Of a stretch of DNA of 64,000 nt, positions 44,880-54,715 are shown one piece after another. Every line of letters begins with the position of its first letter. The first letter of the stretch is position 1. This DNA comes from Syntrophales bacterium (GTDB lineage: Bacteria; Desulfobacterota; Syntrophia; Syntrophales; CG2-30-49-12), in NCBI GenBank assembly GCA_030018935.1, contig JASEGZ010000001.1, positions 33,290-97,289 of the forward strand, read 5' to 3'. The notes under the pieces were generated by a model. The model saw only the letters and a program-made list of their open reading frames with translations, ran no database searches and was not told the DNA's origin. A program made the translations under genes and the position numbers.

Positions 44880-47183
44880 ATGGCTGAATTGAAGGAGATA
44901 AGAAAGAGGTTAGAAGAAATTGAAAAGTTGATAAAGGCAGAGATTGCCTGGGAACCGGTAGGTCCCACACCAATGCCGGAGGTTCCTGCTCTCAGAAATT
45001 GGGATATGAGGCTTCTCAAAACGTATGCGCCGTGGTATGCCCCTTTTTGTGATCTTTGCTGCCTGTGCACCTTTGGGAAGTGTGATCTCACTGAGGACAG
45101 GAGAGGGGCCTGTGGTATTGATATCGCGACGCAGCAGGCAAGGATGGTGCTTTTAGCTTGCCTGATAGGATGTTCATGCCACACTGCTCATGGCGCTCAT
45201 ATTCTGGAGTACCTGATTGAAAAGCACGGTCCGGATAAAAAGATAGATCTCGGTAGAGGAATTGAGGTGGAAGCGCCACATATAAGGACAGTTATTGGCT
45301 TAAAGCCTGAGACCCTAAGCGATCTTAAAATAGCTATCGAGTATGTCTATAAGGAGATTACCCATCTTCTCGATTCCGTTCATACGGGGCAGGAGGGGAG
45401 TTATCTGGATTATGAATCCAAAGCGCTGCACGCCGGTATGTTGGATCATGTGGGAATGGAGGCAGCCGATATCGCACAGATCGTGGGATTTAATTATCCT
45501 ACCTCCGTTGCAGAGACACCCCTGGTAGGTCTGGGATGGGGGGCAATAGATAAGACCAAGCCGGTAATTTTAGTGGTGGGACATAATCCGGTTACTTCTA
45601 CGGCACTTATTGATTACTTAAGGGCGAATAACCTCTATGACAAGGTCGAGGTCGGTGGTATATGCTGCACTGCCCTGGAGACAACCAGATACTCGGATAG
45701 GGCCAAGGTCGTTGGCCCGCTTTCCCGGCAGCTCTTCTTCCTCAGGACAGGTATCCCCGATGTCATCATGACCGATGAGCAGTGCATCAGGACTGACATG
45801 CCGATAGAGGCCTCCAAAGCTGGCTCAGCGCTTATTGCCACCTTGGACAAGGCGATGTATGGGCTTCCCGATGCCACAGAGATGGCAACGGAAGAGATAG
45901 TAAAACAGATGGTCGGGGAGAAGAAACATTTCGCTATCCTTGAACCAGCGAAGGCAGCAGAGGTGGCAGTAAAGGTTGCCATGGAGATTGCCCCCCAGAG
46001 GAAGAAAGAGTGGCTATCTGAGGAAGAGGCTAAAGGACTGGCAGAAAGATGTAACGATTGTGGCATGTGTGAGCGGGTATGCCCTAATCTCTTCTCCATT
46101 GGTGACGGTATAATTGAGGTTGCCAAGGGCAATTTTGACCTCATAAGGGAGCAATTCAGACGATGTATCGGCTGTGGAAAATGTGAGGAGGAATGTCCTC
46201 GTGAAGTTCCCATTTTCAAGATAATGCAGACGGCGGCAAGTAAGGAGAGCTGGAAGATAAGGGCAGGCCGTGGTCCTATTATGGATACCGAGATCAGGAA
46301 TGTGGGGGCCTCCATAACGCTGGGCACGATCCCTGGAGTTGTTGCCTTCGTCGGTTGCTCCAACTATCCTGATATAGAGGACCTTGCCGAGATGGTGGAG
46401 GAGTTTGCCAAGAGGAAGTATATCGTCGTTGTCTCAGGTTGTGCGGCCATGGTTGCGGGTATGAAAAAGGATGCCGATGGCAAGACCATCTATGAGAAAT
46501 ACCCACCCGATTTTGATGGTGGTGGGATAGTAAATGTAGGTTCCTGTGTTGCTAACAGCCACATCACGGGAGCGGCAATAAAGGTAGTTAATATCTTCGC
46601 CAAACTCCCATTAAGGGGAAATTACGAGGTAGTAGCCGATCACACCCTGAACAGGCTCGGTGCCTGTGGTGTGGCCTGGGGGGCATATTCTCAGAAGGCG
46701 GCAGCTATTGGTACGGGATGTAATAGATTGGGTATTCCTGTCATACTGGGACCTCACTCCTCCAAATATAGGAGGCTATATCTCTCGAGAAAAGAGGAGG
46801 GTGATTGGCGGGTCATGGATGCAAGGACGAAGGAAGTCGTTGATACAGGAGAGCCTGCACCTGAGCATCTCACCTATGTATGCGAGACCAAGGAGAAGGC
46901 GATGGTGATGATCGCCAAACTGTGCATAAGGAGGAATGATACCCCCCAGGGAAGGGCGATAAAACTGAATCACTATATATCCCTGTACAAGAAATACATG
47001 GGAGGTGGTCTTCCCGAAGATCTTCATCTCTTTGTTCGCAGGGATGCCGATCTCCCCATAGTCTATAAGAAGGAAGCGAGGGTATATCTACAAGAAATTG
47101 GCTGGAAACCAAAGGAACCTGTGGGACTTCCAACTCTGATCGGCACTTACCCCAGCAAGGTTTCTGTGGATTCTGTTATCTAA
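44880..47183 (+). CDS. cdhA: CO dehydrogenase catalytic subunit, archaeal ACDS alpha type
   Basis: 767 aa. N-terminal Cys cluster region FCDLCCLCTFGKCDL...ACGI and an inserted 2x[4Fe-4S] ferredoxin domain (CNDCGMCERVCP, CIGCGKCEEECP). Followed by an epsilon subunit gene. Confidence 0.85.
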   Translation: MAELKEIRKRLEEIEKLIKAEIAWEPVGPTPMPEVPALRNWDMRLLKTYAPWYAPFCDLCCLCTFGKCDLTEDRRGACGIDIATQQARMVLLACLIGCSCHTAHGAHILEYLIEKHGPDKKIDLGRGIEVEAPHIRTVIGLKPETLSDLKIAIEYVYKEITHLLDSVHTGQEGSYLDYESKALHAGMLDHVGMEAADIAQIVGFNYPTSVAETPLVGLGWGAIDKTKPVILVVGHNPVTSTALIDYLRANNLYDKVEVGGICCTALETTRYSDRAKVVGPLSRQLFFLRTGIPDVIMTDEQCIRTDMPIEASKAGSALIATLDKAMYGLPDATEMATEEIVKQMVGEKKHFAILEPAKAAEVAVKVAMEIAPQRKKEWLSEEEAKGLAERCNDCGMCERVCPNLFSIGDGIIEVAKGNFDLIREQFRRCIGCGKCEEECPREVPIFKIMQTAASKESWKIRAGRGPIMDTEIRNVGASITLGTIPGVVAFVGCSNYPDIEDLAEMVEEFAKRKYIVVVSGCAAMVAGMKKDADGKTIYEKYPPDFDGGGIVNVGSCVANSHITGAAIKVVNIFAKLPLRGNYEVVADHTLNRLGACGVAWGAYSQKAAAIGTGCNRLGIPVILGPHSSKYRRLYLSRKEEGDWRVMDARTKEVVDTGEPAPEHLTYVCETKEKAMVMIAKLCIRRNDTPQGRAIKLNHYISLYKKYMGGGLPEDLHLFVRRDADLPIVYKKEARVYLQEIGWKPKEPVGLPTLIGTYPSKVSVDSVI

Positions 47184-47198
47184 AAGGAGGAGGGGAAA

Positions 47199-47744
47199 AT
47201 GAGTGCAACTGTACCGTTTCACCGGGTAAATGTCTTGACAGGAATAAAATCGGCCAGGATGATAGAAGATGCTGGAGAATATGCTAAGTTAATAAAAAGG
47301 GCGAAGAGACCCCTTCTTGTACTTGGACCTCTCCTGGTCAAAGGTTCGCTCAACGGAAGGTTTCTTATTGAGTACGCTTTTGAGATTGCAAAGAGTGCCA
47401 GCATCCCGATATGTGCTACGGGGCATGTTAAGGTAAAGATGATGGAGGCAGGGGTAAAGCCGGATAGCGAATACGATGTTGTGGAGATAATAAATGCCCT
47501 CAAGGACCCTGATTGGATGGGAGTTAAAAAGGAAGGGAACCACGATCTGGTAATCTTTTTTGGCATAAGGAGTGATTTTGCCGAGCAAGGTCTTTCTGTA
47601 CTGAAGCATTTTGCCCCCCATTTAAAGACCATGACACTTTGTAAATTTTACTTTCCCCATGCCAATTATTCACTTCCCAATATCAAGAAGGATGAGCAAT
47701 GGAAGGAATTCCTGGAGGCTTTAATATCCAACCTTAGAGGATGA
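47199..47744 (+). CDS. cdhB: ACDS epsilon subunit
   Basis: 181 aa directly after cdhA. The size and the RPLLVLGP pattern are typical of CdhB. Confidence 0.75.
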   Translation: MSATVPFHRVNVLTGIKSARMIEDAGEYAKLIKRAKRPLLVLGPLLVKGSLNGRFLIEYAFEIAKSASIPICATGHVKVKMMEAGVKPDSEYDVVEIINALKDPDWMGVKKEGNHDLVIFFGIRSDFAEQGLSVLKHFAPHLKTMTLCKFYFPHANYSLPNIKKDEQWKEFLEALISNLRG

Positions 47745-47792
47745 GTTCATAAATCTGTCTTAAGGAAAAGAATGAGAAAGGAGAGATAAGAA

Positions 47793-49019
47793 ATGTCAGA
47801 GTTTCATGTAGACATTGGTCCCCAGTATGAGGGTGAGGCCATAAGAAAAGAGGATCTCTATGTTGAGTTTGGCGGACCTAAGATAAGTCATAAGTTTGAG
47901 TGGGCAAGATTAAAGAGCCCTGAGGAGGTAGAGCATGAGAAGGTGGAGATTATCGGACCGGACCTGAAGGATCTGGAGGAGGGGGGGAGTTACCCCCTGG
48001 CGATTTTGATTGATGTTGCCGGAGAGGAACTTGAACCAGATATGGAGCCGGTCATCGAGAGAAGGATACACATGTATGCCAACTATATCGAGGGATTCTG
48101 GCATATAGCGCAGAGGAACGATATCTGGCTCAGATTAAGTAAGAATTCCTATAAGAAAGGTCTTAACTCCTTAAAGGAAATAGGAGAGATGCTGATATTC
48201 CTTTATACCTCTGAAATTGCCGCTATCGAGAATATTTCCATTACCTTCATTACAGATGAGAAGAAGGTGGAGGAACTCCTTCCTGAAGCCTTAAAGGTTT
48301 ATGAGGCGAGAGATAAAAGGGCACTGGGTCTTAAGGATGAGGATGTGGACGAATTCTATTGCTGCGTTCTCTGCCAGAGCTTTGCCCCCACACATTCCTG
48401 CATTATTGTCCCCTCTCGGTTGGCAAACTGTGGGGCGATGAACTGGTTTGATTGTAAAGCTGCCTATAAACTTGACCCTGAAGGACCTATATTCGGGTTT
48501 CAGAAGGGAGAATGTCTTGATCCTATCAAAGGGGAATATGGGGGGGCTGATGATGTAGTAAAGGTAAAGTCCCTGGGAAACTACGATAAAGTCTATCTCC
48601 ATAGCGCTTTTGAACATCCTCACACCTCCTGTGGTTGTTTTCAGGCTATCTGTTTTTATATCCCTGAGGTGGATGCCTTTGGCATCATCCATAGAGATTA
48701 TACGGGACTCACTCCGGCGGGGGTGAAATTCTCCAGTATGGCCGGTGCCACGAGTGGTGGCAAACAGGTAGAGGGTTTTTGCGGCCTTGCTCTCGAGCTC
48801 CTGAGGTCACCAAAATTCTTCCAGGCAGACGGAGGAAGGAAGAGGTTGGTCTGGTTGCCCAAGGATATTAAGGAAAGGTACAGGGAACCTCTCGAGGCGG
48901 ATGGGGTGTATGATAAGATAGCTACGGAAGAAGATGTGAAAAGCACCGATGAACTCGCTGAATTCCTCGAAAGGGTGGGACACCCCTGGGTAAAGGGAGA
49001 GGTTGAGCTTCCGGGATAA
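47793..49019 (+). CDS. cdhC: acetyl-CoA synthase (A-cluster) subunit, short archaeal beta type
   Basis: 408 aa with the A-cluster ligand region CCVLCQSFAPTHSCIIVPSRLANCGAMNW and the later HTSCGCF. It lacks the long N-terminal domain of bacterial AcsB. Confidence 0.88.
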   Translation: MSEFHVDIGPQYEGEAIRKEDLYVEFGGPKISHKFEWARLKSPEEVEHEKVEIIGPDLKDLEEGGSYPLAILIDVAGEELEPDMEPVIERRIHMYANYIEGFWHIAQRNDIWLRLSKNSYKKGLNSLKEIGEMLIFLYTSEIAAIENISITFITDEKKVEELLPEALKVYEARDKRALGLKDEDVDEFYCCVLCQSFAPTHSCIIVPSRLANCGAMNWFDCKAAYKLDPEGPIFGFQKGECLDPIKGEYGGADDVVKVKSLGNYDKVYLHSAFEHPHTSCGCFQAICFYIPEVDAFGIIHRDYTGLTPAGVKFSSMAGATSGGKQVEGFCGLALELLRSPKFFQADGGRKRLVWLPKDIKERYREPLEADGVYDKIATEEDVKSTDELAEFLERVGHPWVKGEVELPG

Positions 49020-49026
49020 TCTCAAT

Positions 49027-49046
49027 GTAAGTGTTCAGCTATCAAC
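49027..49046. repeat. family C half-element (left-arm type)
   Basis: gtaagtgttcagctatcaac. Its first 14 nt are the exact reverse complement of 40842-40855. Confidence 0.8.
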
Positions 49047-49206
49047 ATCTGGATTTTCGAGAATCGTAAATGGGAATTCGCCAACCCCGGCGTCCCGTTA
49101 TCTGCAATTGCCGGGAAAAAAGAGGGTGAAGGAAAATTGAACCATCCTTCTTGTACCTCTGGAGTTCTCAAAATTCCAAAATTAGTATTCAATCAGGAGG
49201 GTAGTT

Positions 49207-50562
49207 ATGCCAATTTCAGGGTCTGAAATCGTAAAGATGCTTCCCGGGAGGAAGCCGTGTAAAGATTGTGGTTTTCCCACCTGTTTTGCCTTCGCTATGA
49301 AGCTCGTATCTGGCGGAGCGACTGTGGATAAGTGCCCTTATCTCTCAGAAGAGGTGAAGGCAAAGCTCGCGGATCTATTAGCGCCACCAATAAGGCTCGT
49401 TACCATAGGCTCGGGAGAAGATAAGTTGCAGATCGGGAACGAGGAGGTGATATATCGTCATGATAAGACCTTTATCCACCCACCAGGGATCGCTCTTCTC
49501 ATCTCGGACAGGGAAGATGAATCGAGAGTGGAGGAGAAGATAAGAAAGATAAAAAATCTTCAGTTCCCCTGGGTTGGTCTGAATCTGAAGGCGGACCTTG
49601 TGGCCCCATACTTTGAATCGGGAGAGAAGAATAAGTATTTAGCTCTGGTGAAAAAAATCTATGATGCGGTAGACTCGGGCATGGTATTGATCTCCCAGGA
49701 TATGGATGTCCTTTTTTCTGCCCGGGATATATGTGCGGACAGAAATCCCCTTCTCTACCCGATAACCGGAGAGAACCTCGATAGGGCAATACCGAAGATT
49801 AAAGAAAAGCTTACACCAATAGGGGTTCGTGGGAAAGGTATAGAAGAGTTGATATCTCTGACTGGCAAGTTAAAGGATGCGGGGGTTGAAGATTTAATCC
49901 TGGACCCGGGCTCTGAGAGCTTGATGGAGGCGATGAGAGATCAGACTTTTATCAGGAAGGCGGCCTTAAAGCAGAGCGTAAGACCCCTCGGCTATCCAAC
50001 CATTACCTTCCCTTGTTTTATAGCCAAAGATGGTCTGAAGGAGATCCTTGCCGCTGCCCTGTTAATAGTAAAATACGCAGGCATAATCGTCCTTTCCGAT
50101 TTCGACCAATACTCTCTCCTTCCCCTTTTAGTACAGAGGCTTAATATCTATACTGACCCCCGCTTTCCCCTGGCGGTAGAAGAGAAGTACTATGAAATAG
50201 GGGAACCGGCTGAAGGGTCGCCTGTTCTGATCACTTCAAACTGGGCATTGACATACTTTATTGTCGCGTCGGCGATTGAGGCCACTAAAATCCCCTCTTA
50301 TCTCTGTGTGAAGGATACAGAGGGGCTTGGTGTCCTTACAGGTTGGGCGGCGGGTAAGTTCAGCGGGGATTCTATTGCCGCATTCGTCAAGAAATGTGGC
50401 ATCGCTGAGAGGGTAAAACACAAAAAGTTAGTTATCCCCGGGAAGGTGGCACGTATTAAAGGGGAATTAGAGGATGCCCTGCCGGGGTGGGAAATTGTGG
50501 TTGGGCCCAGAGAGGCGATGGGATTGGCGGCATTCCTTCCCGAGTTTATTAAGAAGAGTTGA
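49207..50562 (+). CDS. acsC: corrinoid iron-sulfur protein large subunit (ACDS gamma)
   Basis: 451 aa with the N-terminal [4Fe-4S] motif CKDCGFPTCFAFAMKLVSGGATVDKCP. Confidence 0.88.
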   Translation: MPISGSEIVKMLPGRKPCKDCGFPTCFAFAMKLVSGGATVDKCPYLSEEVKAKLADLLAPPIRLVTIGSGEDKLQIGNEEVIYRHDKTFIHPPGIALLISDREDESRVEEKIRKIKNLQFPWVGLNLKADLVAPYFESGEKNKYLALVKKIYDAVDSGMVLISQDMDVLFSARDICADRNPLLYPITGENLDRAIPKIKEKLTPIGVRGKGIEELISLTGKLKDAGVEDLILDPGSESLMEAMRDQTFIRKAALKQSVRPLGYPTITFPCFIAKDGLKEILAAALLIVKYAGIIVLSDFDQYSLLPLLVQRLNIYTDPRFPLAVEEKYYEIGEPAEGSPVLITSNWALTYFIVASAIEATKIPSYLCVKDTEGLGVLTGWAAGKFSGDSIAAFVKKCGIAERVKHKKLVIPGKVARIKGELEDALPGWEIVVGPREAMGLAAFLPEFIKKS

Positions 50563-51050
50563 AAAAAGAGATGACCGGGGAGGAAAGAGAGAAATTAGCC
50601 GGGATTATACATGGGTACAGGGGAGAGAGGAGAGAGTTGATCCCCCTCTTGCAGGAGATCCAGGAAGAGTTGGGCTATCTCCCCCGGGAGGCAATGGAGG
50701 AGATAGCCAACTTCCTCAGGATACCGAAGGTATTGGTTTGGGGAGTCGCTACCTTCTATAATCAGTTTCGTTTTGTTCCCCTTGGTAAATACCCGATCAG
50801 GGTTTGTCTTGGGACCGCCTGTCATCTGGCAGGGGGCAACCTTATCCTGGAGGCCCTGGAGAGGGAGTTAAACATTACGGTAGGAGGGACTACCGAAGAT
50901 TATAAATTTAGCATGGAGAGGGTCGCCTGCATAGGCTGCTGTATGCTGGCTCCCGTTGTAGTAATAAAGACTAAAATTTATCCGGGGATGACACCTTTTA
51001 AGGTGGAGGAATCTCTGATACCTTATAAGCAGGATTCTCTGTCTCCTTGA
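50559..51050 (+). CDS. NuoE/HoxE-like [2Fe-2S] thioredoxin-fold subunit
   Basis: 163 aa (TTG 50559 or ATG 50571). Motifs LIPLLQEIQEELGYLP, VCLGTACHLAG and ACIGCC are present. Confidence 0.8.
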   Translation: MKKEMTGEEREKLAGIIHGYRGERRELIPLLQEIQEELGYLPREAMEEIANFLRIPKVLVWGVATFYNQFRFVPLGKYPIRVCLGTACHLAGGNLILEALERELNITVGGTTEDYKFSMERVACIGCCMLAPVVVIKTKIYPGMTPFKVEESLIPYKQDSLSP

Positions 51051-51138
51051 TGACTTGAGAGAAGGTCTCAGCCTTCCAGGAGGGAGAGAAACCTGTTCCT
51101 GACAGTTTCAGGAACAGGCTCAATTAAATTATAATACT

Positions 51139-53013
51139 ATGACTTTCAGGGAGGTTGAGGATAAGGCAAGGTCAGAATGGGAGACCCTGCAGAATAGGAT
51201 CTATATTACCATAAGCACAGCTACCTGTGGTAGGGCAGCCGGCGCTTTAGATATAGCCGATCTCATCAATAAAGAACTGGCTCGGCGAAGCATGGAAATC
51301 CCGGTCATAGAGACGGGGTGCATGGGGCTATGTTATGCCGAGCCATTGGTTACCATATCCAAACTCGAATCCCTCCGTATCGTATATCATAACATAACTC
51401 CAGAGCTTGTCCCACGTCTGATCGATGGTTACATCTTAGGTGATGACCCCTGTCTGGAGCTTGCCCTGGGAACCCTCGAGACAGAGGGGGAGAACGGTCC
51501 CTATATCCCCGAACTTTCCCGGTTTGAACACGAGTTACGTCTGATACTACGTCGCTGTGGCTACATTGACCCTAAAAATATCTACCACTATATCGCCAAT
51601 GGTGGCTATCGTGGTCTTGATAAAGCACTGAGGATGTCGCCTGAGGAGATAATTGGGAAGGTAAAAGGGTCAGGGCTCCGAGGGCGAGGTGGTGCCGGGT
51701 TTCCTGCCGGCAGTAAATGGGAACTATGCCGCACTGCTAAGGATACACCAAAATATGTGATATGCAATGGAGACGAAGGAGACCCTGGTGCATTTATGGA
51801 TCGAGTTATCCTGGAGAGCGACCCACAGCAAGTTATCGAGGGGATGATTATTGCTGGCTATGCCATAGGTGCCAGGGAGGGTTATATCTATGTTCGTGCC
51901 GAATATCCTCTCGCAGTTGAACGAACGCAGGTTGCCTTGAGACAGGCTAAGGAATTGGGTTTCCTCGGGGATGATATTATGGGTAGCGGTTTTGGTTTTC
52001 ATATCGAGATAGCAAAGGGGGCTGGCGCTTTTGTCTCTGGTGAAGCGACGGCACTGGTTTCTGCTATGGAAGGAAGGAGGAGTGAACCGAGACCGAGACC
52101 TCCTCGTCTTGCAGAAGCTGGATTATGGGCCAAACCTACCCTGTTAAACAATGTGAAAACCTTTTCCTATGTCCCTTTGATAATTGAGTGGGGAGCAGAC
52201 TGGTTTTCCGGGATTGGTACCAAAAGGAGTAAGGGTACAGCGGTGTTTGCCCTGGCAGGCAAGGTTAACAATCCTGGTCTCACCGAGGTGCCCATGGGGA
52301 CGACATTACGCGAGATTGTTTATGATATTGCCGGTGGTATGCAAAATGGGAAACGATTTAAAGGGGTACAGATTGGTGGTCCCTCAGGAGGTTGTCTTCC
52401 AGAAAGTCTGCTTGACACCCCTGTTGACTTTGATTCCCTGCGTGAGGCTGGCTCCATGATGGGTTCAGGTGGGATGATCTTTATGGATGAGGGTGATTGT
52501 GCTGTTGATACGGCCGAATTCTTTCTTGACTTTGTTACGAGGGAATCCTGTGGTAAGTGCACTATGTGTCGCCTGGGGACCTTACATCTGCTCCACATTC
52601 TGGAGGACATCACGAAAGGGAGAGGGAAAATGGAAGACATTGATCTTCTCCTTGCCCTGGCTGAAGACGTGAAGGGGGGATCACTTTGTGGCTTGGGAAG
52701 TACAGCCCCTAATCCTATCCTTACTACCTTGCGCTATTTCCGAGATGAATACGAGGCCCATATAGGGGAAAAACGTTGCCCGGCATTGGTGTGTAAGGAG
52801 CTTATCGCCTATTACATCCTCCCTGAGAAGTGTGATAGGGGATGTGAACATTGTGTCCTGGTCTGTCCAACAGAGGCGATTAAAGGGGGGAAGGGGGAAG
52901 TAAAGGTTATTGATCAGAATAAGTGTTCTAAATGCAGCTCATGCCTTCAAGTTTGCCCTCCTGAATACAATGCGGTAGTAAAGCTTTCGCCAATTAGTGA
53001 ACTTCCGCCATAG
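51139..53013 (+). CDS. NuoF-like NAD(P)H/FMN/Fe-S subunit with C-terminal 2x[4Fe-4S]
   Basis: 624 aa with GLRGRGGAGFPAGSKWE, ESCGKCTMCR, and C-terminal motifs CDRGCEHCVLVCP / CSKCSSCLQVCP. Confidence 0.85.
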   Translation: MTFREVEDKARSEWETLQNRIYITISTATCGRAAGALDIADLINKELARRSMEIPVIETGCMGLCYAEPLVTISKLESLRIVYHNITPELVPRLIDGYILGDDPCLELALGTLETEGENGPYIPELSRFEHELRLILRRCGYIDPKNIYHYIANGGYRGLDKALRMSPEEIIGKVKGSGLRGRGGAGFPAGSKWELCRTAKDTPKYVICNGDEGDPGAFMDRVILESDPQQVIEGMIIAGYAIGAREGYIYVRAEYPLAVERTQVALRQAKELGFLGDDIMGSGFGFHIEIAKGAGAFVSGEATALVSAMEGRRSEPRPRPPRLAEAGLWAKPTLLNNVKTFSYVPLIIEWGADWFSGIGTKRSKGTAVFALAGKVNNPGLTEVPMGTTLREIVYDIAGGMQNGKRFKGVQIGGPSGGCLPESLLDTPVDFDSLREAGSMMGSGGMIFMDEGDCAVDTAEFFLDFVTRESCGKCTMCRLGTLHLLHILEDITKGRGKMEDIDLLLALAEDVKGGSLCGLGSTAPNPILTTLRYFRDEYEAHIGEKRCPALVCKELIAYYILPEKCDRGCEHCVLVCPTEAIKGGKGEVKVIDQNKCSKCSSCLQVCPPEYNAVVKLSPISELPP

Positions 53014-53018
53014 AAAAT

Positions 53019-53074
53019 AGTCATAAGTCATAAGTCGTAAGTCGTAAGTCGTAAGTCAAAAGACGTATGACGTA
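53019..53074. repeat. tandem heptamers, family A
   Basis: gtcataa gtcataa gtcgtaa gtcgtaa gtcgtaa gtc aaaa gacgtatgacgtaa. Confidence 0.9.
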
Positions 53075-53109
53075 AAAGGGAAAGGCTATGGCTGTAAGTG
53101 TAGAATAGA

Positions 53110-53865
53110 ATGCCGAGAAAAATTGTTTCCACAGGAAGAGGGGGGGCAGGAAAAACAACCTTCGTTGCCTTAAGCAGTCGCTATCTCAAGCCCCCGTCAC
53201 TCCTTATTGACCTCGATCCTGACCTTAGTCTGGGAGATATGCTGGGAGTTGATCTTCACAGAGAAGGAAAAAGGACGGTAAGTGAAGTACTCTATGATGT
53301 TATTGATGAAAGGCAGGGTGGTGGGAGTCCTCTGGTTTCGGTAAACGAGAGGCTTGAGTCTTTAATATGGAGTGATTGCTTATATGAGGATGTAAGGTTT
53401 GACCTTATCACTCTGGGAACAAAGGATTTCGAAGGCTGCTATTGCTTTCCTGACCATCTATTAAAGAAAACCATCCTCGGGGTAGCCAAGAACTACACGA
53501 ATATTATCATAGACTCACCGGCAGGGCTGGAACATTTAAATCGGAAGATAGTTTCAGATATAGATGATCTGTTTGTTATCCTGGATCCCTCCGAGAAATC
53601 TCTGAAGCATATCGAAAGGGTCAAGGATATTACCAAGGCAGTGGGGATCCACTATAACCACTTTTATCTGGTGGCAAATTATATGTTTGATGAAGAGTCA
53701 GAAAGATATCTGCAACTTACAGGTGAAACTTACCTGGGGAAGATAGATTATGATACCGATGTGGAAGAGTATAACCTGAAAGGAAGATCCTTGCTCGACT
53801 TGCCTGAAGATTCACCTGCCTGCCTCGCTGTCATGAATATTTTAGCCAGGGCAAAATTGGTTTAA
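53110..53865 (+). CDS. cooC: CooC/AcsF-type Ni-insertion ATPase, paralogue 1
   Basis: 251 aa with the deviant Walker A GRGGAGKTT, DLDPD, a CxC motif (EGCYCFPD), and DSPAGLEH. Confidence 0.8.
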   Translation: MPRKIVSTGRGGAGKTTFVALSSRYLKPPSLLIDLDPDLSLGDMLGVDLHREGKRTVSEVLYDVIDERQGGGSPLVSVNERLESLIWSDCLYEDVRFDLITLGTKDFEGCYCFPDHLLKKTILGVAKNYTNIIIDSPAGLEHLNRKIVSDIDDLFVILDPSEKSLKHIERVKDITKAVGIHYNHFYLVANYMFDEESERYLQLTGETYLGKIDYDTDVEEYNLKGRSLLDLPEDSPACLAVMNILARAKLV

Positions 53866-53871
53866 TGAGGT

Positions 53872-54645
53872 ATGGGTAAAATAATCGTCTCTACGGGAAG
53901 AGGGGGAACGGGAAAATCGTCCTTTGTCGTCTTATTTACCAGATATATCAATGCCTATCCCATCTTGCTTGTTGATCTTGATCCTGATGGAAGCTTAGTT
54001 GGGATGCTTGGTGTGGATCTGGAAAAGGAAGGGAAAAGGACCGTATCGGAGGCGCTCTACAATATTATTGGAGAAATGGGGGATATCAAGGGAACAGATG
54101 ATGGTTCTACTTCTGATTTAATAAGAGGTATGATCAAAGGTGGTGATTGTCTATATAAAGATGGAAAATTTGATCTTATCTCCCTGGGGGAAAAGTTAAC
54201 CCCAGGTTGTTATTGTATGGCCGATGAGATAATTAAGGATGCCATTTCTGAACTGGTTCAAAACTATGAAAAAATAGTGGTGGATTCACCTGCCGGGTTA
54301 GAGCATTTGAACCGAAAGATAACACCTCGTATAGATGATTTGTTTGTCATATTAGATCCCTCAGAGAAGTCAATAAAGCACATAGAAAGGATTAAACATG
54401 TTGCAAGAGGGGTAAAAATCAGCTATAAGCACCTTTACCTGATAGGGAACTATAGATTTACTGAGGAAGCGGAAGAATATTTACGAAACACAGGCGAAAC
54501 TTATGCAGGAAGAATAGACTATGACCCCGATGTGAGGGGATATAACCTGAAAGGTAAGTCCTTACTGGAGCTACCCGAAGATTCACCTGCCTCGCTGTCC
54601 ATTAAAAAAATACTGCTAAGGGTTGGTTATGAGCTTACTTCCTGA
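53872..54645 (+). CDS. cooC: CooC/AcsF-type Ni-insertion ATPase, paralogue 2
   Basis: 257 aa with the same motif set (GRGGTGKSS, DLDPD, PGCYCMAD, DSPAGLEH). It is collinear with paralogue 1 throughout. Confidence 0.8.
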   Translation: MGKIIVSTGRGGTGKSSFVVLFTRYINAYPILLVDLDPDGSLVGMLGVDLEKEGKRTVSEALYNIIGEMGDIKGTDDGSTSDLIRGMIKGGDCLYKDGKFDLISLGEKLTPGCYCMADEIIKDAISELVQNYEKIVVDSPAGLEHLNRKITPRIDDLFVILDPSEKSIKHIERIKHVARGVKISYKHLYLIGNYRFTEEAEEYLRNTGETYAGRIDYDPDVRGYNLKGKSLLELPEDSPASLSIKKILLRVGYELTS

Positions 54646-54715
54646 TTATGGGGAACGGCTTATTGGATTACCTGTAATTGCCTGTGTAAAGCTTGTTAGT
54701 TACTGAAATATCATT

